This document shows, piece by piece, positions 49,234 to 60,664 of a DNA stretch of 64,000 nt (its first letter is position 1; every line of letters starts with the position of its first letter). The position numbers were made by a program, and so were the translations under genes. Origin of the DNA: an uncultured delta proteobacterium (lineage in GTDB: Bacteria > Desulfobacterota > RBG-13-43-22); NCBI GenBank assembly GCA_963802945.1, contig CAWDKY010000029.1, positions 64,001 through 128,000 of the forward strand, given 5' to 3'. Below the pieces are notes generated by a model. The model had not been told where the DNA came from. It saw only the letters and a list, made by a program, of their open reading frames with translations, and ran no database searches.

Positions 49234-50424
49234 CTACCAGGCAAGTTCGAGAATCTCCTTTACATCGGCCGGACCCTTGATCGGCCTGGGGTTCATTTTC
49301 ACCGGCGCATAGGTCATGGCCCGCTCGGCGATCTCTTCAAAGTTTTCACGTTTGATGTTCACCGCGCGCAAGGATCCCGGTTGTCCCAAGGCGGCAACTA
49401 GTGAGGCCACGAGATCCGAAGCCTTCTGCTGCGGTGCGCCCATCGCTTCAGACAAAGCCTGCTGGCGCTCGCTATTGACCGCCGCATTCCAGCGCAGCAC
49501 GGCAGGCAGCATGACGCAAGATGTATGGCCGTGGGCTACGCCAAAGGTTGCCCCAAGCACGTAGCCGATACCGTGACTTGCACCCGAGCTGGCGCCTGCT
49601 GCTGAGGCGGCAATCGCTTGCCACATGCCGAATTGCGCCTCAAGTCGGGCATTAAGGTTTTGCGGTTCGGCCTTGATTTTGGGAAGGGCGCGTGCAAGCA
49701 AACGAAGCCCCTGCAGGGAGAGAGCCTCCGTGGCCGGATTGGCCAGAGGTGAGCAATAGGACTCGACCGCATGATCCACCGACCTGATGCCGGTGGAGAA
49801 CAAGAGCCAGTTTGGTGTATCGAGCGTCGCCGCAGGATCAAGGACGACCGAACGGGGCACGAGCAGACGATGGGTGAAAGACTGCTTGGCATTGGCTTTG
49901 ATGTCAGTCACGCCGGCAGTTGATGTAAATTCCGAGGCCGAAAGGGTGGTCGAGATGGCTACCATACGGATCGGATTCGGCGGCGGTTCGATCTTGCGCC
50001 TGATGTCTGAAGCTGCACCGTCGCGATAAGGTTCCATGGATGCCGGGCTTTCAAGTCCGAGCCACAAGCACATCTGTATGGCCTTGGTGGCGTCGATCAC
50101 CGAACCGCCGCCGACGGCTACCAACAAATCGGCCTTGGCACTACGGGCGGCAGCCGCAGCGGCAATAACATCTTGGCGCGGGCTATGGGAGCGGATAGCT
50201 GTGAACGTACCAGAAAGGCGAGGACCCAAGGCCTCCATAATGCGCTGCAGAGGGCCGTTTTCTAATTGACTTAATGATCGTGTGGAGAAGATAAAAACAT
50301 GTTTGGCGCCATAACGATCGGCTTCAACGATGATGGCCTTTTCTGCTGGTCGGCCAAAGATAATGAATTCTTGGGCTTGAATGGTGAATCGGCCGCTTTT
50401 CAGAGTATTGTAAATGTCGCTCAC
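49234..50424 (-). CDS. Iron-containing alcohol dehydrogenase (maleylacetate reductase-like)
   Basis: GGGSVIDATK, TTLSASE, DHAVES, HGIG, HGHTSC. Confidence 0.88.
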   Translation of the reverse strand: MSDIYNTLKSGRFTIQAQEFIIFGRPAEKAIIVEADRYGAKHVFIFSTRSLSQLENGPLQRIMEALGPRLSGTFTAIRSHSPRQDVIAAAAAARSAKADLLVAVGGGSVIDATKAIQMCLWLGLESPASMEPYRDGAASDIRRKIEPPPNPIRMVAISTTLSASEFTSTAGVTDIKANAKQSFTHRLLVPRSVVLDPAATLDTPNWLLFSTGIRSVDHAVESYCSPLANPATEALSLQGLRLLARALPKIKAEPQNLNARLEAQFGMWQAIAASAAGASSGASHGIGYVLGATFGVAHGHTSCVMLPAVLRWNAAVNSERQQALSEAMGAPQQKASDLVASLVAALGQPGSLRAVNIKRENFEEIAERAMTYAPVKMNPRPIKGPADVKEILELAW

Positions 50425-50589
50425 ATTCTCCGATGACTTTGATCAGAATTTGTTTCTTAATAAATATTATAAAATATGAAAAAGGTAAGGGTCAAGAGAA
50501 TTTATAGGACGGAAAACCAGGAGACGGAGAAGGGATGACGCAGAACATTCTAATATTATTTCTGAGAGAAAAGAAGCTTTGGGGAAGAC

Positions 50590-51349
50590 CTAAAGAAGAG
50601 CGTCACCTTTCAGTGCTCGAATTTCTTTTGGAGTCAAGGGGCGCAAATGGCCAGGGGCCAACCGGCCGATGGATAAGGGACCTAGGGCAATTCTCTTGAT
50701 GTTGATAACCGGATGCCCTATGGCGGCCAGCATATTTTTGACCTGATGTTTTTCACCCTCTCGAATGGTGATCAATAACCAGGAACGATCCGTACCTGTT
50801 TTAATTTTTTCACAATCGGAACGATGCAGTTTTCCCGCTGGGAAGACGTATCCCGGTTTGGAGGGATCTCAAAGAGATTTCGGATGGGATTCCTTGAATC
50901 TTGACCCGATAAGTCTTCGGGACTTGAAATCGGGGATGTTGAAGTTTTTGAGCCAGTTCTCCATCGTTGGTCAAAAGCATCAGCCCTTCGGCATCCCAGT
51001 CCAAACGGCCAACAGGAAAAACGCGTTCTTTGATCTGGGCCCGGGACAGGAAGTCTTTTATGGTGAGACGGCCCTGGGGGTCCTTAAGGGTCGAAAGGAC
51101 TCCTTGAGGTTTATTAAAAAGATAATAGGCCTTGGATTCAGGGGAAGCAATAGACTGGCCGTCAACTTCGATTCGATGTTCAGAAGGGACGATTTTTAAT
51201 CCCAGCTCCGTGACTACCTGGCCGTCAACAGTAACCCGGCCTTCCCGGATTAAATCTTCGGCCTTGCGGCGGGATGTCAATCCCGATTGGGCCAGGATCC
51301 GTTGTAATCGATAGGGGAGATTTTCAGCAATTTGTTGCTTACGGGGCAT
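50590..51349 (-). CDS. rluB: rRNA pseudouridine synthase, RluB-like (frameshift near 50830)
   Basis: S4 domain RLQRILA..G..SRRKAE, VGRLD catalytic motif; ITIREGEKHQVK in a second frame. Follows scpAB. Confidence 0.85.
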
Positions 51350-51388
51350 AGCTCTTGTTGATGTTAAGGAATACCTTGCCCTTCAGAT

Positions 51389-51947
51389 TCAATCTGTTTC
51401 GTCTGTTTCGTTTCCCATTAAATCGGCATTCAGGGCCTTGATTTCTTCTAGAGTTGGCAGAGAGGATAGGTTTTTCAGTTCAAATAATTCCAGAAAACGT
51501 TGGGTGGTCCCATAGAGAATGGGGCGGCCGGGGACCTCTTTGCGGCCTACGATATGAATCAAATTTTTTTCCAAAAGGGTCCGGATAATCCCATCCACTT
51601 CGACCCCGCGCAGCCGTTCCACTTCCCCTCGGGTGGCCGGTTGTTTATAGGCAATAATGGCCAGGGTTTCCAGGGAGGCTTTACTGAGGCGGGTGGGACT
51701 GATCTTTTTCAGCCTTTTAATCCATTCGCTGAACCGGGGTTTGGTGCGAAACTGAAATCCATCAGCCACCTCTTGAAGATAGAGACCCCGTTCCGGCGTT
51801 TCATATTCCATCAGTAATTGGGACAAAGCCGCTTCAACGTCTTTTTTGGGAAAACTATCTCCCACAACTTCCAGGATCTTTTTGATCCCTATGGGGTGCG
51901 GGAGAAACAAAAATCAGGGCTTCGAGTAGGGATTTTATTTCATTCAT
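51389..51947 (-). CDS. scpB: Segregation and condensation protein B (frameshift near 51900)
   Basis: MNEIKSLLEALIFVS start at 51947, then LETLAIIAYKQP, RGV and PGRPILYGTT. Confidence 0.92.
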
Positions 51948-52167
51948 GAGGACCTATATAGCATAACAGGTTTAATAATGTTTTAAAATTTTTTCCTGTG
52001 CCCTGCCGATAAGTTTTGAGTAATTAGGCTGAAGACCGAAGGCTGACGGCTGAAGGTTGGAAGAATTCCCAAGAGAAATTCAGCCTCGATTCTATATTCA
52101 TTGCACATTAGAGTAGTTTTTTACCTAATCCCCGTCAGTCTTCAGCCTACACCCCTGCCTTTTCCCC

Positions 52168-52887
52168 TTAAGAAATTGTTGCCGGGGGGAGAAAATCATA
52201 AATCAGGATGTTTCCCCCCTGGATTTCTTGATAGACGACAATTTTCTGAAGCCGGACTAATTCCAGCAAGGCCAGAAAGGCCACGATGAGTTCAGCCCGG
52301 GTGAAATGGCCAGGTAATAGTTCTTCCAACAGGATGCGCCCCATTTTTTTGAGTTTGGTCAGAATTTCTTCCATTTTATTTTCAATGGGGACCAGAGGGC
52401 TGGGAAGAGGGACCGGTTCTTCTTCTTTCTTCTCCAGAAGCATCTTCCGGACAGCGTCAATCAACTCGAAAATGCCCACTCGGATAAGTCCTTCTTCTTT
52501 CCCTTCCATTTCCTTGGCCAGGAAGTCCCGGGTAAAGACATCCCGATACAAAAGCGGACGCTGTCCCAGTTGTTCCGCCGCCTCTTTGAGCTGCAGATAT
52601 TCAAGCAACGGCCGGGTCAATTCCAGACGGGGATCTTCCTCCTCTTCTTCTTCCGGAGGTCTGGGCAGGAGCATCCTGGATTTAATGTGGATCAAGGTGG
52701 CGGCCATGACCAGAAAATTTCCGGCAATATTAATGTTCAACTCCTTCATCAGATCCAGGTATTCCAGATACTGGGCGGTGATAACGGCGATGGGGATATC
52801 GTAGATATCCATCTCGTTTTTTCGGATTAAATGGACCAGGAGGTCCATAGGTCCTTCAAAGATGTCGAGTTTAACGTTATAGTCCAT
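52168..52887 (-). CDS. scpA: Segregation and condensation protein A
   Basis: FEGPMDLL, DIYDIPI, FLVMAATL..IKS, FLALLEL. Confidence 0.95.
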   Translation of the reverse strand: MDYNVKLDIFEGPMDLLVHLIRKNEMDIYDIPIAVITAQYLEYLDLMKELNINIAGNFLVMAATLIHIKSRMLLPRPPEEEEEEDPRLELTRPLLEYLQLKEAAEQLGQRPLLYRDVFTRDFLAKEMEGKEEGLIRVGIFELIDAVRKMLLEKKEEEPVPLPSPLVPIENKMEEILTKLKKMGRILLEELLPGHFTRAELIVAFLALLELVRLQKIVVYQEIQGGNILIYDFLPPATIS

Positions 52888-53005
52888 TTTGAGCTACCAG
52901 TTGTCAACTACGAGTTGAGAGTTTAGAAGAAAAAATATTTCAACGATAAACTCGCAACCCGTAATCCGTAATCGGCAATTCAATCCGTAATCCGAAATCC
53001 GCAAT

Positions 53006-53989
53006 CTAAAATCCAATAGCCTGTCTGACTTCTTTCATGGTCTCCTGGGAAAAGGCCCTGGCCCGTTCGGTGCCGGCCATAAGAATGGATTGGACTTCAC
53101 GGAGGTTTTGGGTCCAATAATCCCTTTTCTCTTTAATCGGGCTGAGGGTCTTCAGGACCTGATCGATCAGTAATTTCTTGCAATCCACACAGCCGATCCC
53201 GGCCCGCTTGCATTCCCGCTCAATCTCATCGATCCTTTCCTGAGGTGAATAAATCTTGTGAAAGGGAAAGAGGATACAAACCTCAGGATTGCCGGGGTCT
53301 TTACGACGGGCCCGCTGGGGATCGGTGACCATCTGGGACAGTTTGTGACGGATTTCCTCCTTGGAGTCTGAGAGAAACACGGCGTTTTCATAACTTTTGC
53401 TCATCTTCCTTCCGTCCAGTCCCGTTAGTTTAGGAGTTTCGGTCAACAGCGTATCCGGTATAGGAAAAACCTCCTCATACAGGAAGTTGAATCTGCGGGC
53501 TATTTCCCTGGTCAATTCCACGTGAGGGGCCTGATCGATACCGACCGGCACGGCATGGGCCTTATACATCAGAATATCGGCGGCCTGCAAGACCGGATAA
53601 CCGATGAAACCATAGGTGCCGATCTCCTTGCTTTCTAGTTCTTGTTGTTGTTCCTTATAGGTCGGATTTCGTTCCAGCCAGCTTAAAGGTGTAATCATGG
53701 ACAGGATTAAATGGAGTTCGGCATGTTCTTTGACGGCCGATTGCAGAAAAAAAGTGCTGATCTTCGGATCCAGTCCGACACTTATCCAATCAATGACCAT
53801 GTCCAAGATATTTTCGTGAATGGCCTTGGGTTCTTTATATTCGGTGGTCAAGGCATGCCAGTCGGCAATGAAAAAAAAACATTGGTAGTCTTTCTGCAAT
53901 TCTTTCCAGTTCAATAAGGCCCCATGCAAATTGCCCAGGTGTAATTTTCCCGTGGGGCGCATCCCGCTTAAAATCCGTTTGCGTTCCAT
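53006..53989 (-). CDS. trpS: Tryptophan--tRNA ligase
   Basis: SGMRPTGKLHLGN (HIGH), YPVLQAADIL, VPVGIDQ, KMSKS. Confidence 0.97.
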   Translation of the reverse strand: MERKRILSGMRPTGKLHLGNLHGALLNWKELQKDYQCFFFIADWHALTTEYKEPKAIHENILDMVIDWISVGLDPKISTFFLQSAVKEHAELHLILSMITPLSWLERNPTYKEQQQELESKEIGTYGFIGYPVLQAADILMYKAHAVPVGIDQAPHVELTREIARRFNFLYEEVFPIPDTLLTETPKLTGLDGRKMSKSYENAVFLSDSKEEIRHKLSQMVTDPQRARRKDPGNPEVCILFPFHKIYSPQERIDEIERECKRAGIGCVDCKKLLIDQVLKTLSPIKEKRDYWTQNLREVQSILMAGTERARAFSQETMKEVRQAIGF

Positions 53990-54136
53990 TGATTAAGTTC
54001 TCCTTAAGATTCAAGGAATCAAGGGATCGAAGACCCGAGGCACAACATTTAAGGTTCAAGGAAAAACCTTAACCCGTGAACCTAACCTAATAACTTGCTG
54101 GAACCCTTAAATCTTCGAATCATTGATTTCGTATTA

Positions 54137-54817
54137 TCACATTAAATAGTAATTGATGCCCCCTATTATCTTAAATAAATTAATAAAAAATATCATCGGG
54201 GGTGAAATCAACCAATCCAAAATATGAGTCAATAAAAGCCCGATGAGGATAAAGAAGCCATAAGGCTCAATTTTGCTATAGTTATAAGCAGCCTCTAAAG
54301 GCAGTAAGCCGACCATGACCCTCCCGCCGTCTAAGGGGGGAATGGGAATGAGATTAAATACAGCCAGTGCCACGTTGATTTCTACTCCGAAGATGATCAT
54401 ATTGATCAGAGGCTGAAGCACAAGACTTAAGAAAGGCCATTCCAAGAGGGGTGAGGCGATCAATAACATACGAAGAAGAATTGAAAACCCTAAAGCCAAA
54501 AGCAGATTGGTAGCCGGTCCGGCCAGGGCCACCCAGACCATATCTTTTTTAGGATTTCTAAGATTATTGAAGTTCACCGGGACCGGTTTGGCATAACCGA
54601 AAAGAAAAGGGGCATGGGATAAAATAAGAATGCCGGGGATCAGGATAGATCCGAAGGGATCGATATGGGCTATGGGGTTGAGTGTCAAACGACCGGATAA
54701 ACGGGCCGTGGGGTCTCCAAACTTGCCGGCCACCCAGCCGTGAGCCACCTCATGTAAAATTACCCCCAAAAGGAGAGGGATGACCACGATACTGATTTGT
54801 TGAATAAAGGAACTCAT
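54137..54817 (-). CDS. Site-2 protease family (M50) protein
   Basis: HEVAH, AGPATN, FNLIPIPPLDG. Confidence 0.93.
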   Translation of the reverse strand: MSSFIQQISIVVIPLLLGVILHEVAHGWVAGKFGDPTARLSGRLTLNPIAHIDPFGSILIPGILILSHAPFLFGYAKPVPVNFNNLRNPKKDMVWVALAGPATNLLLALGFSILLRMLLIASPLLEWPFLSLVLQPLINMIIFGVEINVALAVFNLIPIPPLDGGRVMVGLLPLEAAYNYSKIEPYGFFILIGLLLTHILDWLISPPMIFFINLFKIIGGINYYLM

Positions 54818-54986
54818 GATTTACTTTTTTTCCACAGCTGAGTTTGTAAATTTATCTCTAACATTCTTCCCAATTGAGCTTTTGATAACAAGGGTTAGAA
54901 CCCAGAAGTCAGAATACAGAATAAAAACCTCATTTCTGTTTTAAGATTCATCCCCCTTCTGAATTCTTTCTCCTGAATTCCAGAAT

Positions 54987-57684
54987 TTAACTATTTTTAG
55001 TTTGACTTTTCTCCTGAGGCACAAAGTGTTTTTTAACATAGGCTATTTCATCCTCACGGGTCAATACTTTTCCATTAATTCGAGCTTCCAAAAGGTCCCC
55101 CAGGATTATTTTATAAATAGGACCTGGTACCAGTCCAAGGGTTTTTAGGTCTTCCCCCCCGATCGCTATCCGTATGGATTTCAATTGGGTAAAATAAAGT
55201 GAAATGGTCTTCCGACCCGTTTCCTGACCGGCCTTTGGCCATCAAGAAAAGCAGGACCTCATTGGGAAAGGACGACAATACCTTATAAATTTCATTTCGG
55301 GAAATTTCCGGATTTTTCTGAAGGGTCATCAAGACCTTTTCACCCTCATTCCGGCTTAAGGTCATGATTTCAAAAACCCTTTTAGGCAGTCCCAGACGCA
55401 GGCGCAATTCACTGAACCGGGAAACGGGCTGTGTCAAGGCCAGGAAATAGATCAGCCATTTTTCATAGGGCTCATTGAGATAGAGGAGATCAAACCAGGC
55501 TAGGACGGTTCTTATTTCACCAAAAAGAAGCGACTCTTTGGGAGTCAAGTTCCATTCCGGAAGAATGGCCTGGAGCAATTTTAAATCGATCAGCCTCTTG
55601 ATAACCGGTAAGGGATTTTCTTCGCTCAGGATCAACTGGAGTTCGGTAAAAATTCTTTTTGGGGCTAGTTTTTCTATGCCCCCGATGCGAATGGTGTTTT
55701 CGATCAGATTGGAGGTCAATTTCCCTATCTTGAACCCGAATCGTTGTTCAAATCGAACGGCTCGAAAGGCCCGGGTAGGATCCTCAACAAGGCTTAGATT
55801 GTGAAGGACCCGTATCGACCGTTCTTTCAGATCTTTTTGAGCCCCGAAAAAGTCGATCAGGATGCCGAAATGACCAGGATTCAGTTTAACGGCTAGGGTA
55901 TTGATGGTAAAGTCACGCCGGTAGAGGTCCATTTTAATCGAACTTCGCTCCACCACCGGGAGGGCGCCTGGAGATTCATAATACTCCGATCGGGCCGTAG
56001 CGACATCTACTTTAAAGCCTTCCGGGAAGATAAGGACCGCGGTTTTAAATTTGACATGATAGCGAATATGAGCCGGAAACCTCATGGCATACTCCTGAGC
56101 GAATTTAATCCCGTCCCCTTCGATGACCACATCGATATCCAAATTGTCAAATTTCAGAAATAGGTCTCGTATAAATCCCCCGACGGCATAGGCGTTGTAT
56201 CCGAGGCTGTCGGCCACCTCGCCCAGGGATTTAAGCATTTCGATAATCCGCTTGGGCAGCTTTTCTTCCATCAAATAGCCGACATTTTTTTTGCGGACCA
56301 ATTGGGGCGCCTTACGGGAATCATAAAGATACTCGGTCATGGAAGGGCCGCTGATCAGGATATTGAGCAGATCCGTACGGGTGATGACCCCCAAAAGCTT
56401 CCCTTGTTTGACCACCGGTAAAACCCTTTGTTTGTTCTCAATGATGAATTCCTGGATTTGAAACAAGGAGGCCTCGGGGTCGATGGTCGCAAATTCGGTG
56501 GTCATATATTCCCGGACCGGTAGATCCTTAAGACCGTGGAAAATGGCTTTTTCGATCACCTGCCTGGTGATCAGGCCCAACAGCTTTTCTCCTTCCATCA
56601 CCAAAAGGACATTGATGTTATAACGAGTCAGCAGTTCGTTGGCATGTTCGAGGGTCTCCTGGGGCTGAATCGATTTTATCGGAAAGGACATCATGTCCCT
56701 GGCCTTACGCTGGGGATTGATCCGGCTCTTAAGCTGCGAGAGCAAGGTTTCTTCTACCTGGACCAGGGTTTTGTCCTTGACCGTGGCTGAGGCCGCAGAT
56801 GGGTGTCCCCCTCCGCCAAAGGCCAAAAGGATTTCTCCGACATTGATTTCCCGCGTACGGCTCCGGGCGACTATATAGACTCGGTCTTCCATCCGGGCCA
56901 GGGCGAAAAGACAAAGGAGATTTTCCATGTCCATCATTTTATGGGCCAGGACGGCGAAGTCTCCCACATAGGTATCTATGGAGGCCTTGGTCACTACGAT
57001 CTCCAGGTTATTGATCCGATGCCGGGTAGCCGATTCCAACAACTGATTCAATAAGGAGATCTGTTCGGCGGTCAACTCCCGGGTCATCATATCAGCAATC
57101 AGGTTCAAATTGGCCCCTTGCTCCAGAAGATAGGCGGCAGCTTGATAATCCTCGGGGGTCGTTGAACCAAAGGAAAAAGACCCGGTATCTTCGTAAATCC
57201 CCAAGGCCATCAGGGTCGCTTCGTCCGGAGTCAAAGCAATATTTTTTTCCTTCAATAACCGGGTCATCAAGGTCATAGTGGCGCCAACCGGTTGAATGAT
57301 TTCCAGGCTCCCCCTTACATCGTTTTCGGCTGAAGGATGATGGTCATAAATATGAATCTCCAATCCAGGACGATTCAATATTTCTGCAAATCGGCCGATG
57401 CGATCCGCCTGACGGGTATCCACTAAGATAAGGCGATAGATCTGTTCCAAGGGCACCTGTTTTATTTTGGTAAAATTATACAGATAGACCGTGGATTGCA
57501 GAAAAAAGTTGCGCAGGTTCTGCTCTTGAGACCCGGGAAAGACCAGCCAGGCTTCCGGATAGAGCTTCTTGGCGGCCATCATGGAGGCCAGACCATCAAA
57601 ATCGGTATTGAGGTGAGTGGTGATGACCTCAATCCCTGCCGTTTTCTGAGCATCGGAATGGGTGACTGCCGGGATGGATTCCAT
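54987..57684 (-). CDS. DHH-CBS-tRNA nucleotidyltransferase (CCA/A-adding) fusion (frameshift near 55225)
   Basis: DHH motifs (DFDG, DHH, GGGH), CBS pair, VGGFIRD, DIDVV, DLYRRDFTIN, EDPTR. C-terminal GEDLK.LG..PGP in a second frame. Confidence 0.9.
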
Positions 57685-57690
57685 TAAAAA

Positions 57691-58581
57691 TCAGGCTCGT
57701 GGATGATATCTCCGGTAGGCTTCTCGGAGGTGTTCATGGGTGACCAGGGTGTAGATCTGGGTTGTGGAAATATCCGCATGGCCCAGCATGGTTTGAATGG
57801 AACGAAGATCCGCCCCCCCTTCCAGCAGATGAGTGGCAAAGGTATGCCTCAGGGTATGGGGAGAAATTTTTTTCAAAATGCCTGCCTGTCGGCCATATTG
57901 TCCCAGTATCTTCCAAAATCCCTGACGGGACAGCCGGCCTCCTCGATTGTTGAGAAAGACGTAAGGGGCCATGGGGTATTTAAGCAGGGGAGGGCGTCCT
58001 TTATCAAGATATTCCGTTAGACACCGGGTAGCCGCTTTTCCGATAGGGACTAGTCGTTCTTTAGAACCCTTACCTATGGTGCGAATAAGATGGGCCTCCA
58101 ATTCCAATTGATCCAGGGTTAGAGAGATCAATTCGGAGACCCGCAGACCAGTAGCATAGAGGACTTCCAGCATGGCGGCATCCCTTAAACCCCGTGGTGA
58201 TTCGGTTTTAGGCTGATGGATCAGGGTTTCCACTTCCAGTTCCGAGAGGGTATGGGGCAAGGTCCGTCTGGGCTTAGGGCCTTGCAAGGGGAGGGTCGGG
58301 TTGTCTTTCCGTAGGGATTCTTCCTGAAGGAATCGGTAAAAGGACCTTAAGGCGGACAGTATTCTGGCCTGAGTACGGCCGGAGAGTTTTCGGGTCCGTA
58401 AGGTTCCCAGATATTCATAAAGAGTATCGGCTTGAGTTTGCAAAAGATTGGTAATGCCCTGTTTATCTAAAAATCGAAAGTATTGGATCAAATCACGGCT
58501 GTAAGCCTCCAAAGTATTTTGAGAAAGGCCTTTTTCGACCAACAAAAAATGCAGGAACCGATCAAGAGAGATATCCAACAT
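57691..58581 (-). CDS. xerD: Site-specific tyrosine recombinase
   Basis: EKGLSQNTLEAYSRDL, YATGLRVSEL, GKGSKERLVP, SPHTLRHTFATH, LGHADISTTQIY. Confidence 0.93.
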   Translation of the reverse strand: MLDISLDRFLHFLLVEKGLSQNTLEAYSRDLIQYFRFLDKQGITNLLQTQADTLYEYLGTLRTRKLSGRTQARILSALRSFYRFLQEESLRKDNPTLPLQGPKPRRTLPHTLSELEVETLIHQPKTESPRGLRDAAMLEVLYATGLRVSELISLTLDQLELEAHLIRTIGKGSKERLVPIGKAATRCLTEYLDKGRPPLLKYPMAPYVFLNNRGGRLSRQGFWKILGQYGRQAGILKKISPHTLRHTFATHLLEGGADLRSIQTMLGHADISTTQIYTLVTHEHLREAYRRYHPRA

Positions 58582-58794
58582 AATTAAAACATAACAGACA
58601 TTGACGGGTATGTCAAGAACAGTCGAAAATTCTATTGGTTAGAATGGGTTTATTGATAATAGGGCTTTAAATCCGGGCTGATTTTCCAGATTCCGGGTAT
58701 TGAGGATCTTTCTTCTTGGGGATGTTCAAAGGGCAAATTCCCACTTAGCTATAACTATTGACAATTTCTATCTATTGTTGTAATTTAAGGCCCT

Positions 58795-59523
58795 ATGGCT
58801 AAAGATAAAATCGCACTGATCACCGGCGGCAGCAAAGGAATCGGAGCGGCAATCGCCCTGACCCTGGCTGAAGATGGTTTTGATATCTGGCTTAACTACC
58901 GAAGCGATCATGAGGCGGCGTCCAAAGTTTGCACTGCGATTGAAAAGACAGGGAGAAAGTGTCTCTTGCTCCCTTTTGACGTTTCCAACCCGGAAGAGGT
59001 CCAGAACCATTTACAGCCCTTGCTGGAAAACGAAACCCCTTATGCTTTGATTAATAATGCCGGGTTTACCCGGGATGTGATCATGGCCTGGATGACCCAG
59101 GCGGAATGGGAGGATGTCCTCTCGGTCAGTCTGGATGGGTTTTTCTTGGTCACAAAACCGGTACTCAACAACATGTTGAGAAAAAAGGAAGGCCGTATCA
59201 TCAATATTGCTTCCACGTCGGGACAGAGCGGAATGGCCGGCCAGACCAATTACTCGGCTGCCAAGGCCGGCCTGATCGGGGCCACCAAGGCCTTAGCGGC
59301 GGAGGTGGCCAAAAGGAATATACTCGTCAACGCCGTTGCGCCCGGTTTTATAGAAACCGAAATGGTCAAGGATCTTTCAATGGATAAAATCCTGCCTATG
59401 ATCCCCTTGGGTCGTTTCGGAACACCCTTAGAAGTGGCGGGCGTTGTCGGCTTCCTCTGCTCGGACAAGGCATCGTACATTACCGGTCAGGTGATTTCCG
59501 TCAATGGAGGCACCTTTCGGTGA
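58795..59523 (+). CDS. fabG: 3-oxoacyl-ACP reductase (FabG-like SDR)
   Basis: TGGSKGIG, NNAG, YSAAK, VAPGFIET. Confidence 0.88.
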   Translation: MAKDKIALITGGSKGIGAAIALTLAEDGFDIWLNYRSDHEAASKVCTAIEKTGRKCLLLPFDVSNPEEVQNHLQPLLENETPYALINNAGFTRDVIMAWMTQAEWEDVLSVSLDGFFLVTKPVLNNMLRKKEGRIINIASTSGQSGMAGQTNYSAAKAGLIGATKALAAEVAKRNILVNAVAPGFIETEMVKDLSMDKILPMIPLGRFGTPLEVAGVVGFLCSDKASYITGQVISVNGGTFR

Positions 59524-59589
59524 AATGAATCCTGCCAGGCTGTTGGGTATTTTAGGTTACCAGGTCTAACGCTGCCGCAGCCATGAATC

Positions 59590-60477
59590 ATGACTTCACC
59601 CGTTACCAACTCAATGGAAAACCATAATCCCGAAATGATAAACGCTTTATGTTTTGATGTTGATGACTTGGCCTACGGGCTTAACATCGTTAAGGGGACC
59701 CGCCTGCCCAACCAATATCTTGTGGAGCAGGAAACTTACGCTTTGCTGGAATCATTGGAAGGGCTTGACCTACAAGCGACCATGTTCATTCCAGGATATG
59801 TGGCCCAGCGTTTTCCTGACCTGGTAAGGAAGATCGCTCGGGCCGGGCATGAGATCGGCTCTCATGGTTTCAAACATATCGTTACCCAACGGCTAAAGAG
59901 AAACGACTTTCATGAAGATGTTTCAGCCAGTAAAAAGATTTTGGAGGATCTCCTTTCCCGGGAAGTGTGCCTTTATAAAGCCCCTGACTGGAGCATCTCT
60001 CCCGACACCCTTTGGGCTTATGATGAATTGATCAGTCTGGGATTTCGGGTGGATAATTCAGCGCAGCCCTCATTATTGAAGTCCCTTGGTCGGCCTTCGG
60101 GAGAGATGATCCCCTTTGTTTATAAAGGGACCTTAACCATTATCCCCGTGACTTCTTATCGTTTATTGGGAAAGGCTATCCCTTTTAACGGGGGGATGTT
60201 TTGTAGCTATGTGCCGATTGCTATCCAGATCGGCCATTATAGACGGTTAAACCTGAAAGGGATCCCTTTTAACTACTATTGTCATCCCTATGAATTTGAT
60301 CCTCAGGGGACCAACCGACAGACCTGGAAATATCGTTCAGTCCGGGCGGCGCTCTATGGACTTCACTTTGGAAAATACAAGGATTACATTACCCGGCTGG
60401 CCGGGAATTTCCAGCTTTCGACGCTTACGGCCGCTTATCGCCGTTATCTTAACTGTCATGATATGGCACCTAGGTAA
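59590..60477 (+). CDS. Polysaccharide deacetylase family (CE4) protein
   Basis: FDVDD, GHEIGSHGFKH, YKAP, YCHPYEFD. Confidence 0.85.
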   Translation: MTSPVTNSMENHNPEMINALCFDVDDLAYGLNIVKGTRLPNQYLVEQETYALLESLEGLDLQATMFIPGYVAQRFPDLVRKIARAGHEIGSHGFKHIVTQRLKRNDFHEDVSASKKILEDLLSREVCLYKAPDWSISPDTLWAYDELISLGFRVDNSAQPSLLKSLGRPSGEMIPFVYKGTLTIIPVTSYRLLGKAIPFNGGMFCSYVPIAIQIGHYRRLNLKGIPFNYYCHPYEFDPQGTNRQTWKYRSVRAALYGLHFGKYKDYITRLAGNFQLSTLTAAYRRYLNCHDMAPR

Positions 60478-60664
60478 ACTTATAAGACACTAAAATTGCA
60501 AAGGTCATCAAAGCTTGTACTATTTAAATATTTTTGTTATGTTAAAAACTTTAAAAAGAGGCGCCATAAGCTGAGACAAGAAACCTGGAAAAAGGATCAG
60601 AGGGAGATCATAGGTATGGGGTGGAACCCGTTATGACTGAAAAGATATTAGACAGGAGGGAGGA

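Noticed and set aside
57691-58581. Tyrosine recombinase as the missing integron or phage integrase
   Set aside because: Typical XerD motifs, no visible IntI-specific insertion, and embedded in a housekeeping operon (CCA-S2P-trpS-scpAB).
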